A DNA stretch of 63,829 nucleotides, the filler included, from Stramenopiles sp. TOSAG23-6 (Eukaryota): assembly GCA_900128565.1 (NCBI GenBank). It is 13 parts of 13 records of this genome, joined end to end, with 100 filler letters (N's around TTAATTAATTAA, not from the genome) between each part and the next. Parts side by side here need not be neighbours in the genome. Positions count along the whole stretch, not along the records: positions 1 to 8,030 come from LT636481.1; positions 8,131 to 16,159 come from LT636482.1; 11 more parts are not named here. One strand, given 5' to 3'. The notes under the pieces are model-generated. The model had not been told where the DNA came from. It did no database searches and worked only from the letters and a program-made list of their open reading frames with translations. Below are positions 1 to 11,809 of the stretch, in pieces. The position numbers and the translations under genes are program-made. The first letter of the stretch is position 1. The number at the start of each line of letters is the position of its first letter.

Positions 1-212
1 ACAATCTATAAAATACGCAAAACAACATCAACAATATCACAATTATAAAACAAATAACTAAACAACAATGATATCAAATATATTTGTCTTCATTAGTACA
101 ATCTATAAAATACCAAAAACACCATCAACAATATCACAATTATAAAAACAAATGAATACACAACAATGATATCAACTATGGTTGTCTTGATTAATACAAT
201 CTATAAAATACG
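1..212. repeat. ~98-bp degenerate tandem repeat
   Basis: ACAATCTATAAAATAC... recurs at ~1, ~99 and ~196. Confidence 0.7.
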
Positions 213-535
213 CATTACAACATCCGCATATATTCCTTGTATTTGTCATGGTAGTCTGCCCATTTGGATTTAACGGTTTACAGGCTTGGATACAAGACAA
301 TTACCTCAGATTTACGGGTAAAAATAGAGAAGTTGAAACACCTTCTGGAAGAATACACCAAGAATTTGAAAATGTTAACGCTAATAATGATATTAGTATT
401 TCCTGCGAAAGGCCCCCTTTAGTACGACGCCCACTACGTCCACCAGGGCTAAAACTACAAGAAAATAATATTCTGCATGGTGGTATGCGCGGTAATGGTA
501 GTCCAGAGGATTATGAGAATGATAGTGATGAAAAC

Positions 536-682
536 AATAATAGTGAATCTTAAGGTGTACTGATAAATTAAAAAAAAGTGAAAGTAATAATAGTGAATCT
601 TAAGATGTACTGATAAATTAAAAAAAAGTGAAAATAATAATAGTGAATCTTAAGATGTACTGATAAATTAAAAAAAAGTGAA
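536..682. repeat. ~50-bp tandem repeat x3 spanning the stop of ORF 248-553
   Basis: AATAATAGTGAATCTTAAG(G/A)TGTACTGATAAATTAAAAAAAAGTGAA three times. Confidence 0.85.
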
Positions 683-776
683 CTATTATTTATACTTATT
701 ACTTATGTGTATTTCCCATAGTGACTATATCTACTAAAAACGCAACAACTTCAAAAAAATACACCAGATTGTAACT

Positions 777-2045
777 TCAAGTTTTTGTTACAACACGAGT
801 AGCGCAACTGCATTTTAATGGTTCAGCAAAGAAAGCAGCAGCTTCGTTCTTTGATAGCGGAGAATGGCTACTGTCAGATTCTGACCAATAATTGACGACA
901 TCAAGCGCAACGATACAACTCTGTGCAACAGCTAAACAAGTATCTGAGCTATACTCTTCAAGTGTCTTCATGCACAAATCTGTCCCTATAGCACCCAACG
1001 CTTCCGCTGCTTCATGGCGCACCATAACATTCTCTTCCTTCCGTGCTAAAGCGTCACAAAGCGCTTTAGTTGCCACAGCATTTTCTAGTTGTCCGCAAAC
1101 ATATGCAACTTCATGCCGAAATAATGCAGATGACTGATCGGATTGCAACACCTGTGATATAATAGAAACACTACTAGTAGTATTTAAGTCACGCAATGCA
1201 AATAGTGCACCATATCGTTGAAATAACGATTTGCTATCATCACTTAGAATTTGAGAGAGTTCATCAAGCGTTTTGTTTTTTAAAGGAGGTGCTGGGTCAA
1301 CTGAATTAAATAATGAAATATTTAAATTATCATCAATACCATTGATTTTCATTTCTTTTGCTCTCTGTAGTCTAGCTTCTGTTCTAATCTGTTCCTTCCA
1401 CAACAACCGTTCTAAAGCAAGAGCACAAGTCTCCGACACTTCGTTTTGCAAATCAGAACTAAATTCTTTAAGTATATCAACAGATCCTGGAAGAGCAATA
1501 GCACCTATAGCTTCCGCAGCTTCATGACGAACCATTGCGTTATCCGTCACATCACGAAGAATCTTTTCTAAAACAGGAACAGATGAAGCTGCACCCATTT
1601 GACCGAGGACAAATGCGAGTTCATGTCGTAAAAGGGATCTATTATTCTCTCTATCGTTAAGGGCCTTACAAATTGCATTAATAGCTTCTTTTCCTCCAAC
1701 AGAACGTAAATAAAATAAAGAACGCATTCGCATACCAATAGGTTTTGTGTAATCACAGAGAGTTTCACAAAGGTCGCCAATTGAAGCCGGAAGTTCCATC
1801 GCTGGAAGAACAGCTGGCGCACTATAATTAACTTGTTCTCTACTAGACTTATTTTTGGTAGCAATATAAGATGATGACACTCCATGTTTTGTCAAAAATG
1901 CAGTAGCGTCGATGTTTCTCAGATCAATTTTTCTATCTTTGTATTGTTCTAAGGTCTCCTCAACTGCTTCCACAAGATCCTCTATTTCATACTCCTTCAT
2001 TACTTCAAAGATATCAGTTTCAAACTCCGACTGACTTAAGACCAT
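777..2045 (-). CDS. DOHH: deoxyhypusine hydroxylase (HEAT-like repeats)
   Basis: Four His-Glu motifs (LLRHELAFVLGQM, MVRHEAAEAIGAI, LFRHEVAYVCGQL, MVRHEAAEALGAI) and the SVDPAPP linker. Confidence 0.93.
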   Translation of the reverse strand: MVLSQSEFETDIFEVMKEYEIEDLVEAVEETLEQYKDRKIDLRNIDATAFLTKHGVSSSYIATKNKSSREQVNYSAPAVLPAMELPASIGDLCETLCDYTKPIGMRMRSLFYLRSVGGKEAINAICKALNDRENNRSLLRHELAFVLGQMGAASSVPVLEKILRDVTDNAMVRHEAAEAIGAIALPGSVDILKEFSSDLQNEVSETCALALERLLWKEQIRTEARLQRAKEMKINGIDDNLNISLFNSVDPAPPLKNKTLDELSQILSDDSKSLFQRYGALFALRDLNTTSSVSIISQVLQSDQSSALFRHEVAYVCGQLENAVATKALCDALARKEENVMVRHEAAEALGAIGTDLCMKTLEEYSSDTCLAVAQSCIVALDVVNYWSESDSSHSPLSKNEAAAFFAEPLKCSCATRVVTKT

Positions 2046-2398
2046 ACTAGTATGATAAAATGTGCTGCTAAATATATGTCAGCTATCTTTTATTCACGTA
2101 AACATGCACCAGTCGAGGGAACTATATGTTGTGAAAAACACAAAATCTTATTGTCCTCGGTACACAAACTCCGTGTAAATGTTGACTGAATCACCCACAA
2201 ACTCTGACTGAATGGATAGCGATGTTACCCGGTAACAATGTAAAGCAATTTTTTTTAAATTCAAAATTTAATTCTCAAAATCTAAAAATCACAATTGATG
2301 CAAAATTTCAAATTTCTTGCTCTTCTTGCTCTCTCTCGGTTTTTGTTACTTATTCCGATTAACCCTCTTCAAGAAGGAAAGCTACAGTATCAAATTAC

Positions 2399-2848
2399 AT
2401 GGCTTCATTTTTTAATGCTGTTACTACCCCATTGCGGCGCTTAGTTGTTTGGCTTTCTCCTGGTGGTACAAAAAGCAACAACGAAGGAATAAAGACTAAC
2501 AAATCCAAAGCCATAGAATCTCGAAAAAACTTATTTAACGAAAATTCACCAGAATATATTAATGGTGCACATGTATTTCTAAATTTACCAGATAATAATA
2601 TACCTGTAGAACATGTGAAAGAAAATAAGAATAAAAAAAGTCGACCGAAACGGAAAAAACGGAAAAAACAACGAGAGAACGCAGATGTTGGACTTGTAAA
2701 GAAAGTGAAGCTTGAACCTAAGAGAAGAAACAAACGCAGATCAACTCGTTCAAATCAAAAATTGGGGTTTTATCTTGAGAAAAGATTACAAAATGTTGTA
2801 TGGAACGGAAAAGGAACAAAAAATGACCCTATAACTTGGGATCCCTAA
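2399..2848 (+). CDS. hypothetical basic (Lys/Arg-rich) protein
   Basis: 149-aa ATG ORF divergent from DOHH; no family recognised. Confidence 0.5.
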   Translation: MASFFNAVTTPLRRLVVWLSPGGTKSNNEGIKTNKSKAIESRKNLFNENSPEYINGAHVFLNLPDNNIPVEHVKENKNKKSRPKRKKRKKQRENADVGLVKKVKLEPKRRNKRRSTRSNQKLGFYLEKRLQNVVWNGKGTKNDPITWDP

Positions 2849-3074
2849 CTCTAATCCCAGCCGTTAGCAACTTATATAAAGAGAGTATTTATATATAAGT
2901 TAGTTCTTGTGAATAAGGGTATTAACGAGCGTAATAATATAAGCAGGAAACACTCTTTCTAAACAAGTATTATTTGATTTCAAATAAAAAATAAAATTAT
3001 CAACAAGAAAAATTTATCATCAAAGAAAACTAAAAGTTGAAGCGAAATGTGCAATAAAATTAATCACACACGTA

Positions 3075-6000
3075 TCAAATACAACTATCAATTGAATCTA
3101 ACGCAACCCTAATTGCAATCCATGGAGAAAGCATATTCCCTGTTTCAACAAACCATTCCATGAATTCCTCAAAAGTAATAAAACCATGCCTAGGATCAAT
3201 ATTGAGGGCTTTAAATATTTTCATTGCTCTCAAATGGACAGCATCATCAATTACAGCACACTCCTCTTGAGAAAAAAATCCTTCATTTGTATGTGTAAAT
3301 GAAACTAAAAGACAAAATGCACATCGAATAAACCGAGAAAATTGAGAATATGACATCTCTGTATGAGTACCAAAAAAATCACCCAGAGTAGTCCAACAGG
3401 TCATTACACCTTCCACAGAAGAATTTTGTCCCAATAAGATAAGGCCACAAGCAATTTCTTCAGCTAATACTGCACCAGTTCTACACTCATCATATGAACA
3501 AAATAGATTTGATAATGTTTGAGATAAGTATGCATGATCTCTTCCATTTAGCATATTAGATGGTACTAACGTATATATACATTCTTCAAAATCAGTATGA
3601 AGCAACCAATATTTATCAGTATTTGAATCATATTTTGAAAATCGCATCACTATTGAAGCAATGTCGACTAAGAATATTTCGCTAAACTTGATGTATTTAG
3701 CTGTTGCACGCATTGCTTCAGCATGAGTTTCTAAAATTTCTATACTTGCGTAATTGCCATTAATAAGACATAATTGTAATGATTCATTACTATTATTAAC
3801 TCCCAACTTGTATACGGAAGACATTCTAGGCTTTGGATTAGACTCTTCCCATTGAGTTATTATTTCCGACTGCTCCCACTTCTCAAGATTTAATAACTCC
3901 AACCAAGAAAGAACTCTAAAACCACCATTAGTATACCAAGCACCAAATTCTTCAAAACTTATCAAATTATCATAATTTGTGTCGCCCGTAGCAAACACTA
4001 ATCTAGTCGCACGACCGGCAGCAGAATCTACAATACGGGCAAGATCGGTACATATAAGGCTAGAACATTCTTCATTAAGTGCACATAGCATTGTCAAAAA
4101 ACTACGGAAATAAATATACATTTCTGACTGTGTCAAGTGGCCATCACCGTCATGATCTAATAAATCAAACGCATGAAGAAGTTTTCCACTTTTTTTACCC
4201 CCAGCTAACATTATTAAACCAATCGAAAATTCAATGCTTTTAATTTCATCCCAATGGATTGCAGCAAATGTATTATATACAAGTGACAAAGCATGAGTCA
4301 AAAACCTTTTCTCTTTGGGTGATAAAACATTGACATTGATTAATGATCGCATGCAACGCTTAAATGCAGATTTGTCCAACAAATTTTCATCACCAACTTC
4401 TGCATATACAACATCTGTTATATCGGTTGCAGTATAGTAGTGCAACTGTGAACTATCTTTAATTTTTTTCAGATTTGAAATATCATATTCTGTAAACTCC
4501 AAAATATCACCATCTTCGGTCAAAGTAAATGCAAGTGTTACTTCATTGCCCATCGTTGTACGATCTTTATTATCCATTGCTGTACGATCTTTATTATCCA
4601 TTGCTGTACGATCTTTATTATCCATTGTTGTAAGATCTTCATTATACATTGTTGTAAGATCTTCATCATCCATTGCAGTAAGATATTTATTATCCATTGC
4701 TGTCAGATATTTATTATCCATTGCTGTAAGATCTTCACTATCCGTTGCTGTAAGATCATGATTTTGCATATTTTGCATACTTTGTGCACTGAATGTAGAT
4801 CCGCTCGGAGCTTGGAATTCTCGATGGTAATCTACTATTGATTTCCTATCCTTTAGTACCGAATCCATTACTACATTCCACTTTTTTAAATCTAATAATT
4901 CTAACCAACGCAATTTCAGATATCCACCATCTGAATACCAAGAACCAAACTCTTCAAAAGTAATACAATGTGAATTTCGCCTCCTTGACTCAGAAAATAT
5001 TGTCATTACTATTTCCCATGTGGTAGTATAAATAACATTATCATCCATAGACGTTGTAATGCAAGTCTTGCTAACAGCAAAAAGTAGGAGTAAGAAAGAT
5101 TTAATAAACTTACAGAACACGAACATCTCAAGACTACCGGAATCATTATGATCCAAGACATCAAATGCAAAAGCAAGTTTTGCACTCTTGTTACCACCAG
5201 TTAGTACACAAAGACCAATTAACAACTCATTATAGGGGACAAACCCATCATATTCGCCAAGATTGTCTAATGTATCAAAAATGTTGGCAAAGAATCTCAA
5301 TACAATATTAGAATTTTCTTTCGAAATATTAATAGGTATAAAAACATTTTCAATATGTCTCATAAATACAGAACGTGTCACACAACTATCACTGTCTACT
5401 TCGATATTTAAGAGCATCATATTAGGTGACATGTCATTTAATCCACAAATGTCACAAACTGATGAGAGTGTAGCAAGTGTTGTGAAAAATATATTTTTTA
5501 ATAAAATAAATTGTTACCCACGAAATTTTCAATGAAAAATAAATAAATTTGAAATTAAAAAGTTTTACAACGTACAATATTCCCCGAAGAAAATTCCAAA
5601 TGGTCTGCATTTTCATTTAAAATAAACGAGAGAATAGTATCATCATTATGAAATTGATGTATATCTTGATTATAGACATTGTGTGATGATGTTTCAATTT
5701 CATTTGAATTATCCATAGAAAAAAGATTTGGCCACTTTGTCAAATCTAATAATTCTAACCAATTGAGCGATAAATATCCACCTTCATTATACCAATTACC
5801 AAACTGTGCAAACGAAATTAAATTATTTTCATCAAGTAAATGATATTCAAAAGCAATTTGAGTACCATTTTTAGCAACTGATTCAACAAGGCTAACAAAA
5901 TTTGTTTTGCTTATATTTGAGAAATCATTGCTCAAACTCATCATCATTGTCAAATAAGATTTCAACAAAAGATGTAATTTTAACTTTGATAAACCACGAC

Positions 6001-8030
6001 TCGCTTCAGCTACACTATTATTTGAAGATCTGAGATGTCTATATTCAGTATTTTCATTATACTCTAAATTTGACAGAAACTCAAATGCCGAGGCTAATTT
6101 GCTACTTTTTGAACCTTCAGCAAATAAGCTAAATCCAATGGCTAACTCTACAGGAATTACACTACCAAGACTCGATGTATTCGAAGAAATTGAATGGGAC
6201 ATATTCGGAATCACATCCGAACTTGAATTTGAATAAGCTGAAAATATATTTGAAAGTGTAATAAATACTGCAGAAATAGAAGTATCATTACTAGTTGATC
6301 TTATAGTAACGAAACCATCCATACATTNNNNNNNNNNNNNNNGAATCCTGACACATATTATGAGGATCAAATATCTTCAATAATTCACTTGGAAGACTTC
6401 TTCTTGACACAGCACTCAATAAAACTGAAAAGCGATGTATATCATTGAACGAAAACCTCATATTTTTTGTCTCACTTTGTGTATTCAATGCAACTTGAAA
6501 AACAACTTTATCTTTATCCAAATCAGAATGAGTTTCATTATTGACACTTTTACAATTTTGATATAGACTTGTCTGTTGTGACAACTTTTCTCTCGCCATT
6601 TGAGATGATTCATCTACAATTGGCCACTTACGAATATCTAATAATTCCAACCAAGATAGTTGTAAATAACCACGTACATTATACCAAGAAGCAAAATCAG
6701 AAAAAGATACTTTTCGATTTTCTGTAGTAGAATCTTCATTTTCTCCAAGTTCATCAAATACTAGTAAAGCACAAGCCCGTGATACTTCATCAATACCAGT
6801 AAAACTTGATTTTTGATTAGGTTCACCTTTCAAACAAAATAGCATTACAAGAATTGCACGAAAAAAACGAAAAAGAGTATTTTCATCCAAGCAGCTCTCC
6901 TCATCTGTAGCAGTATAACTAGTTTTATGTTTGTTCATACTAGTAGCAAATACATCAAATGCAATAGCTAATTTTTCACTCTTTGAATCAGTACAAAGTA
7001 GGATAAGTGCCACTGTTAAATCTTCAAGTTTCACCTTGCTATCTGGTGTTATTATATCTGCTATAACAAAATGCTCAAAAATACGTAATAAAGTTGATGA
7101 AATTGTTTTCTGGGCGGCAGTTGACATAACAAGCCCATTCGGCACTAATTTTCTTACAATTATTTTAAACATATCTATTGTTATATCTCCATCAGAAGAA
7201 CAACATTCAGATAACACACATATATTGTGAAAAATAATTTGAATTTTAAATTCGTTGGGTACAAAATTTCGTACGAAAACAAATTTCGAAATTAAAAATA
7301 AAATTAAAAAAAATAAAACATATGTTGAACTTCTTGAAGACTTGAATTCTGCATACATGACTTTTCAATAACACTACGAGCTCGATCAGCATCACTACTA
7401 CTAACTTCCAAGACATATCTTGAAAATTGTGATAAAACTGGTAAATGAATAGAAAAAATAGCTTGTTCTTTTGGAGACGGTGGCCATTTTTTTAGATCAA
7501 GTAGTTCAATCCATAGTGCTACAGACGATCCACCTTTACTATACCATTTCGCAAAAGAGTCAAATGATATTTGTTCATTGGTAGAAGTGAACATTGATTC
7601 CACTAAAGAGCCAACTGCAGTGTCATACAGCATTGACGTCAGAGAACCTTGTTTGTTTGAGTTAAGTACCATAATTCCACATAAAAGTGAGCGCAGAAAT
7701 TTATGCATTTCTAAGCGACTTAATGAGCCATTTCTTTGTGAGTCGAATAATTCAAAAACAAAGCTTAGTTTTGCACTTTTATCTTCATCACACAAAATAG
7801 TAGACGCAGATAAAAAATCTACAAGAGGAACTGAATCAGTTTGTTTGTCGTCTAAATGTGTAAAAATCGAGCATACTATATCCTTAATTAGTTCTTTACA
7901 ACTTTGGTTCTTGTCTTGAACATTCATTTTGTGTAAGAGACCAAAAATACACTCTTCGAGTTCTGTTTTCCGTATCCAACCATCCACAGCATTATCATAT
8001 TTTAAAACGATTTTTAATTTCTTCTCCGTC
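3075..8030 (-). CDS. large protein with repeated calcineurin-B/recoverin-like EF-hand modules; 5' partial, introns at 7220-7323 and 5475-5575, N gap at ~6328
   Basis: Five repeats of KSxKLxxAFxxxD...ISFxxFxxWYxxGG..xxWLELLDLxKW across four ORFs; intron removal joins them in frame. Confidence 0.85.
4550..4760 (-). repeat. 24-bp coding tandem repeat (TAMDNKDL-like x8-9)
   Basis: Visible in both DNA and translation. Confidence 0.85.
5475..5575 (-). other. non-canonical intron, GT...TT
   Basis: ATT|GTACGT...CACAACACTT|GCT; phase-0 join gives NI-ATL; degenerate core motif. Confidence 0.7.
7220..7323 (-). other. non-canonical intron, AT...AT
   Basis: C|ATATGT...TTCGTACGAAATTTTGTACCCAAC...CACAATATAT|GT; phase-1 join of two EF-hand ORFs. 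Confidence 0.7.
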
Positions 8031-8130
8031 NNNNNNNNNNNNNNNNNNNNNNNNNNNNNNNNNNNNNNNNNNNNTTAATTAATTAANNNNNNNNNNNNNN
8101 NNNNNNNNNNNNNNNNNNNNNNNNNNNNNN
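8031..8130. other. synthetic contig linker N-TTAATTAATTAA-N (also ~16160, 24289, 32401, 40510, 48618, 56722, 57910, 59095, 60279, 61463, 62647)
   Basis: The same ~100-nt spacer, with stops in all six frames, occurs 12 times. Confidence 0.97.
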
Positions 8131-8846
8131 AAGATCCTTTTTGACTGCTGGGGATTGTACGTTTTCATTTTGATTTGGATTTTTTTTTCGTACGAAATTT
8201 TGTACCTAATGAATTTTTCTTTGAAATATTTTTTCACAATACTTGGACTGTAAAAGTCTGGGCTGAAGATTTAAGTTCGCCGATTATAAGTTCCCCATTT
8301 TGCTCTTCTTCATTAACAGCAGCTTGTTGGTCTTCATCTCGAGCTGGTGTTTTTTTTTGTGGGCGGAAGGATGGGTATATCGATGTTTGGGATTTTTTCG
8401 AGAAACAAAAAGCACCTTCATTATCACATAAGCTTGGCAAAGCTTCTGTTACTTCACTGGGGTTGCAATCTTATAGTTTGGATTATGACGACCACAGTAT
8501 TCTTGCAGTTGGTGATTCGGCTGGTGATGCCCATATACTTCAGTTATGTCCAGCTTTATATGGAAATCAGCATAATGAAAAGGCATCTATTGCAAATGTG
8601 TTTGAAAGAGAATTTAATAGAGAAAAGAATCTTTTAGCAGCAGTGAAGAAAGGACATAGACGTCGAAAAGTCGCGCAGGAAATGGCTAAATTTCAAGAGG
8701 AGGAGAAGATTAAATTGAAAAATACGGAAGACGAACTGGATAAAAAATTAGCCGAAATAGATCAGGAATTTTTAGAAATGATGCGTAACCCAAACACTTC
8801 AGGAGCATTGAATCATATAGGTACAAAACCACTATCGACAGATTAA
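8131..8846 (+). CDS. DNAI2: axonemal dynein intermediate chain 2-like, C-terminal WD40 part (5' partial, one intron)
   Basis: LTAGD/WTVKVWAED...CWSSSRAGVFF..RKDGYIDVWD...EKASIANVFERE..REK resembles IC2/IC69. Confidence 0.75.
8157..8244 (+). other. non-canonical intron, GT...TT
   Basis: GAT T|GTACGT...core...CACAATACTT|GG ACT restores the conserved GDWT. Confidence 0.8.
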
Positions 8847-9106
8847 TATTTGAAAAGTATAACTTTTTAGTATAGAAACAAATAGAGAATAAAAGAATTA
8901 GAAGTTGAATTATTTTTTATCAAATTTCCTTTTTATTATTTTGTGCATTATATTATTTTGTACATGTTTTGTTTCATTAGATATTATAAATGATATTATA
9001 AATGGCATTTGAAATTTGACTTATACGATACCAATGCATTTTTATAGGCCTGCCAAGGACAAATAATTGGTACAATTTTAATATCTAACCACCAAATTTT
9101 ATTTCA

Positions 9107-9907
9107 TTACTGGTGCATCAGAACCTGGGTTTCAGGATGATGATGTTTTTTTGGATGATGTCCATGATGATGTTTTTTTGGATGATGTCCATGATGATGA
9201 TTTTTTGGATGGTTATCATCATCTTTTTTCAGAGCGAGACAAAGTTTATGACAAAAGTGCTCATTTTTCTTTGCCAAGCAAGAATCGCAATATTCGCCAA
9301 TTGTTTGATTCGCTGCACAGCTCAAGCAGGGTAGCGTCAAAGCTCTGCAACACATCCGTTCATGTTTTTTATCTTCAGCATTCTCCAAGACAGAAGACAT
9401 TAAAGCCGTAGCTTTTTTCTTTATCTCAAGTAACACTGGAGGCGGGATTAGTACTTTATCNATGATATGTACAACNCCATTTGATGCGTCAACATTCGGG
9501 GTTGTGACTCGAGCGTAGTTGATAAAGATATTGGAACCTTTTACTGTAGCAAGCACAGATGAACCAGATAAAGTTTTAATTACCTCTTTGTTTTTGAGAT
9601 CTCCAGCGTGCACACTCCCGGATACAACGTGATAAGTGAGGATCTTTACGAGCGTACTTCAGTTTGTTGGATCGAGAAGATATTTGATAAGAACTTTTGG
9701 TAGCATAGCAAACGCTTCATTCGTTGGAGCAAAGACAGTAAATGGACCTGGTCCCTCGAGAGTCTTTACGAGCTCTGCATCTNTAACTGCTGTCACAAGT
9801 GTTGAAAGATCCTTTGTCTTCGCTGCAAGTTGGACGATGTTATCATTAGTAGCATTCGTGAATGCAACCAAGAAAAGGTTTAGAAAAACAATCAATGTTT
9901 TACTCAT
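9107..9907 (-). CDS. secreted fasciclin (FAS1) protein with Cys-rich and His-rich tail; one in-frame TGA at 9659-9661
   Basis: Signal peptide, [31 protein letters not shown]. Confidence 0.85.
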
Positions 9908-10254
9908 TTTTCTTTTGTTAAAGTATTCGAAAGTTACTGGTTTTTTCTAAAGATGTCAGAAACACATGTCCAAAACCACCGAAAAAAATCTTTTTTCCCA
10001 GTTACCGGGTAACCAAATCTGATTACAAAAATTTATTTGAAAAGAAAAAGGCCATTAATTTCAAACAGTATCTACAAATTGTATATTATCATTATATTGA
10101 TCATAACAAGAAATCTAAAATCCATCTATTCACTTTAAAAAAAATCTTTTTTTCGTATATAAATTTGTTACCTAAAAGGTACTGTCATGAGTTTTTTACC
10201 TTTATCGAGACTTATCTTCTTTTCGTATACAAATTTGTTACCTTAAAGGTACTT

Positions 10255-11526
10255 TTACCTTTGTCGAGACTCATCTTTCTCAGGCGGTTCTGGAATTGCT
10301 TTCACTGCTGTGACTAAGTCATCGACAGAAAATGTCATGAGTTCGTCTAATGTAGATTTTATGTCAAGGCGACGATCTAAATGAAATTTTGCAAGTTTGT
10401 GAATTCGTTTTGCCATGGCAGCGTTAAACGTTGAACGTTGTCTTTGACTGGTATATGTTGAAATAATCTTGGCAAGTTCTTCAGTCTTCTGATTACCCCA
10501 TTCCGAAGGAAGCTTNAATTTTTTCCTTTCAATTCGCATAACTGTAATTTTTGCGATTTCGAGACAAGAGTAATCTCTGAAACGAAAATGGCGTTGGACT
10601 CTCCTAAACATACCTTCATTTGATTGAAAAAATCGTTCCATATCTTTATCATAACCAGCAAATACCATGACAGGGTCTCCATCATTCATAACTGCCATCA
10701 ACTCTTCAATTGCTTCAGGTCCAAAATCAGATTTCGCACCAGGCTGTCCTAGTAGTCGATATGCTTCATCGACAAATAAAATTCCTTCTTTAGCTTGTTC
10801 AATAACTTTTTGCGTTTTTGGACCTGTTTGACCAACATAACCAGCAACAAGATCAGAACGCTGTACTTCTACTAATTGACCATGTTTCACAACACCAAGC
10901 GTTCTTAGGCATGATGCAACTAATCTTGCAACCATTGTTTTTCCTGTTCCTGGATTACCGTAGAATGCAAAGTGAGGCGCTTCTATCGGTCCAAGGTCCA
11001 TTCCAAGCTCACGTCTACGCTTATCCAGTAATAGTTCTTGGCGCATTGACAGTATTTCAGCTTTTATATCATCCAATCCTACTAGTTTTGCAAACTCTTC
11101 TTCCAGGTTAATTTTCTTTGCAGGTTTAATTTTAACTCTTTTTTCTTCTTTTTTTTTTGCTGCGTCCTCTTCCATTTTAGCAGTAGCTGTTCCACTTTCC
11201 TCCTCTCCAGCTATTGCTGACTTTAAATATTCAACACGATCCATATAACCAGACATACGACTTTTAATCAGATCCTTTTCATGCATATTTTTACACCATT
11301 TCATATATATCTACTTTTATTACATACTAGTTGAAGGATCACTTGTGAGTTTTACAATAATTGAGAAAAATAGAGTTAGGAAAAATGGTTGAATAATATA
11401 GCTTACCATTAAGTGATCTATACCTTTAAGGTATAAGTTTTTAGCTTTGTTTAACAAACCTTCATTATCAGCAGCGATTGCTTCTTTGATGAACTCAAGA
11501 CCGCGTGTTTTTACATTGTCTGCCAT
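10255..11526 (-). CDS. MIT domain + CbbX/CfxQ/SpoVK-type AAA+ ATPase; canonical intron 11311-11406
   Basis: GNPGTGKT, QRSDLVAGYVGQT, ILFVDEAY, FAGY; N-terminal AIAADNEG...A..LY..GI..LM MIT pattern. Confidence 0.85.
11311..11406 (-). other. canonical GT-AG intron
   Basis: ATG|GTAAGC...AAGTAG|ATA, phase 0; lacks the family core motif. Confidence 0.85.
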
Positions 11527-11809
11527 TTTCTTTTCAAGAACGGAGGTCAAGAACAACAATATTGAAATATATTTTGTCGTCGCGCCGCCGACATTTTCAA
11601 ATTTTCTTTCAAATAATTTTTCCAACCCTAACCCTAGCTAGTTTTTTGATAGCTAATCATAATAATTATGACAGTTTTTTTTTTTCAAATCAAATTTGAA
11701 AATTTTTGCAGACGGTCAGAAGAATTCCAAGAACAACACAATACATTGAATACAGTATAAAAAATAAAAATTGCTATTACTACATATATATAGGCTATAA
11801 GTCAAAAGA

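Noticed and set aside
248-553. 101-aa ORF
   Set aside because: No recognisable domain and it lies between tandem repeats; may be a real terminal exon but cannot be supported.
8031-8130. Repeated TTAATTAATTAA within N runs
   Set aside because: Synthetic six-frame-stop linker; adjacency across linkers has no biological meaning.
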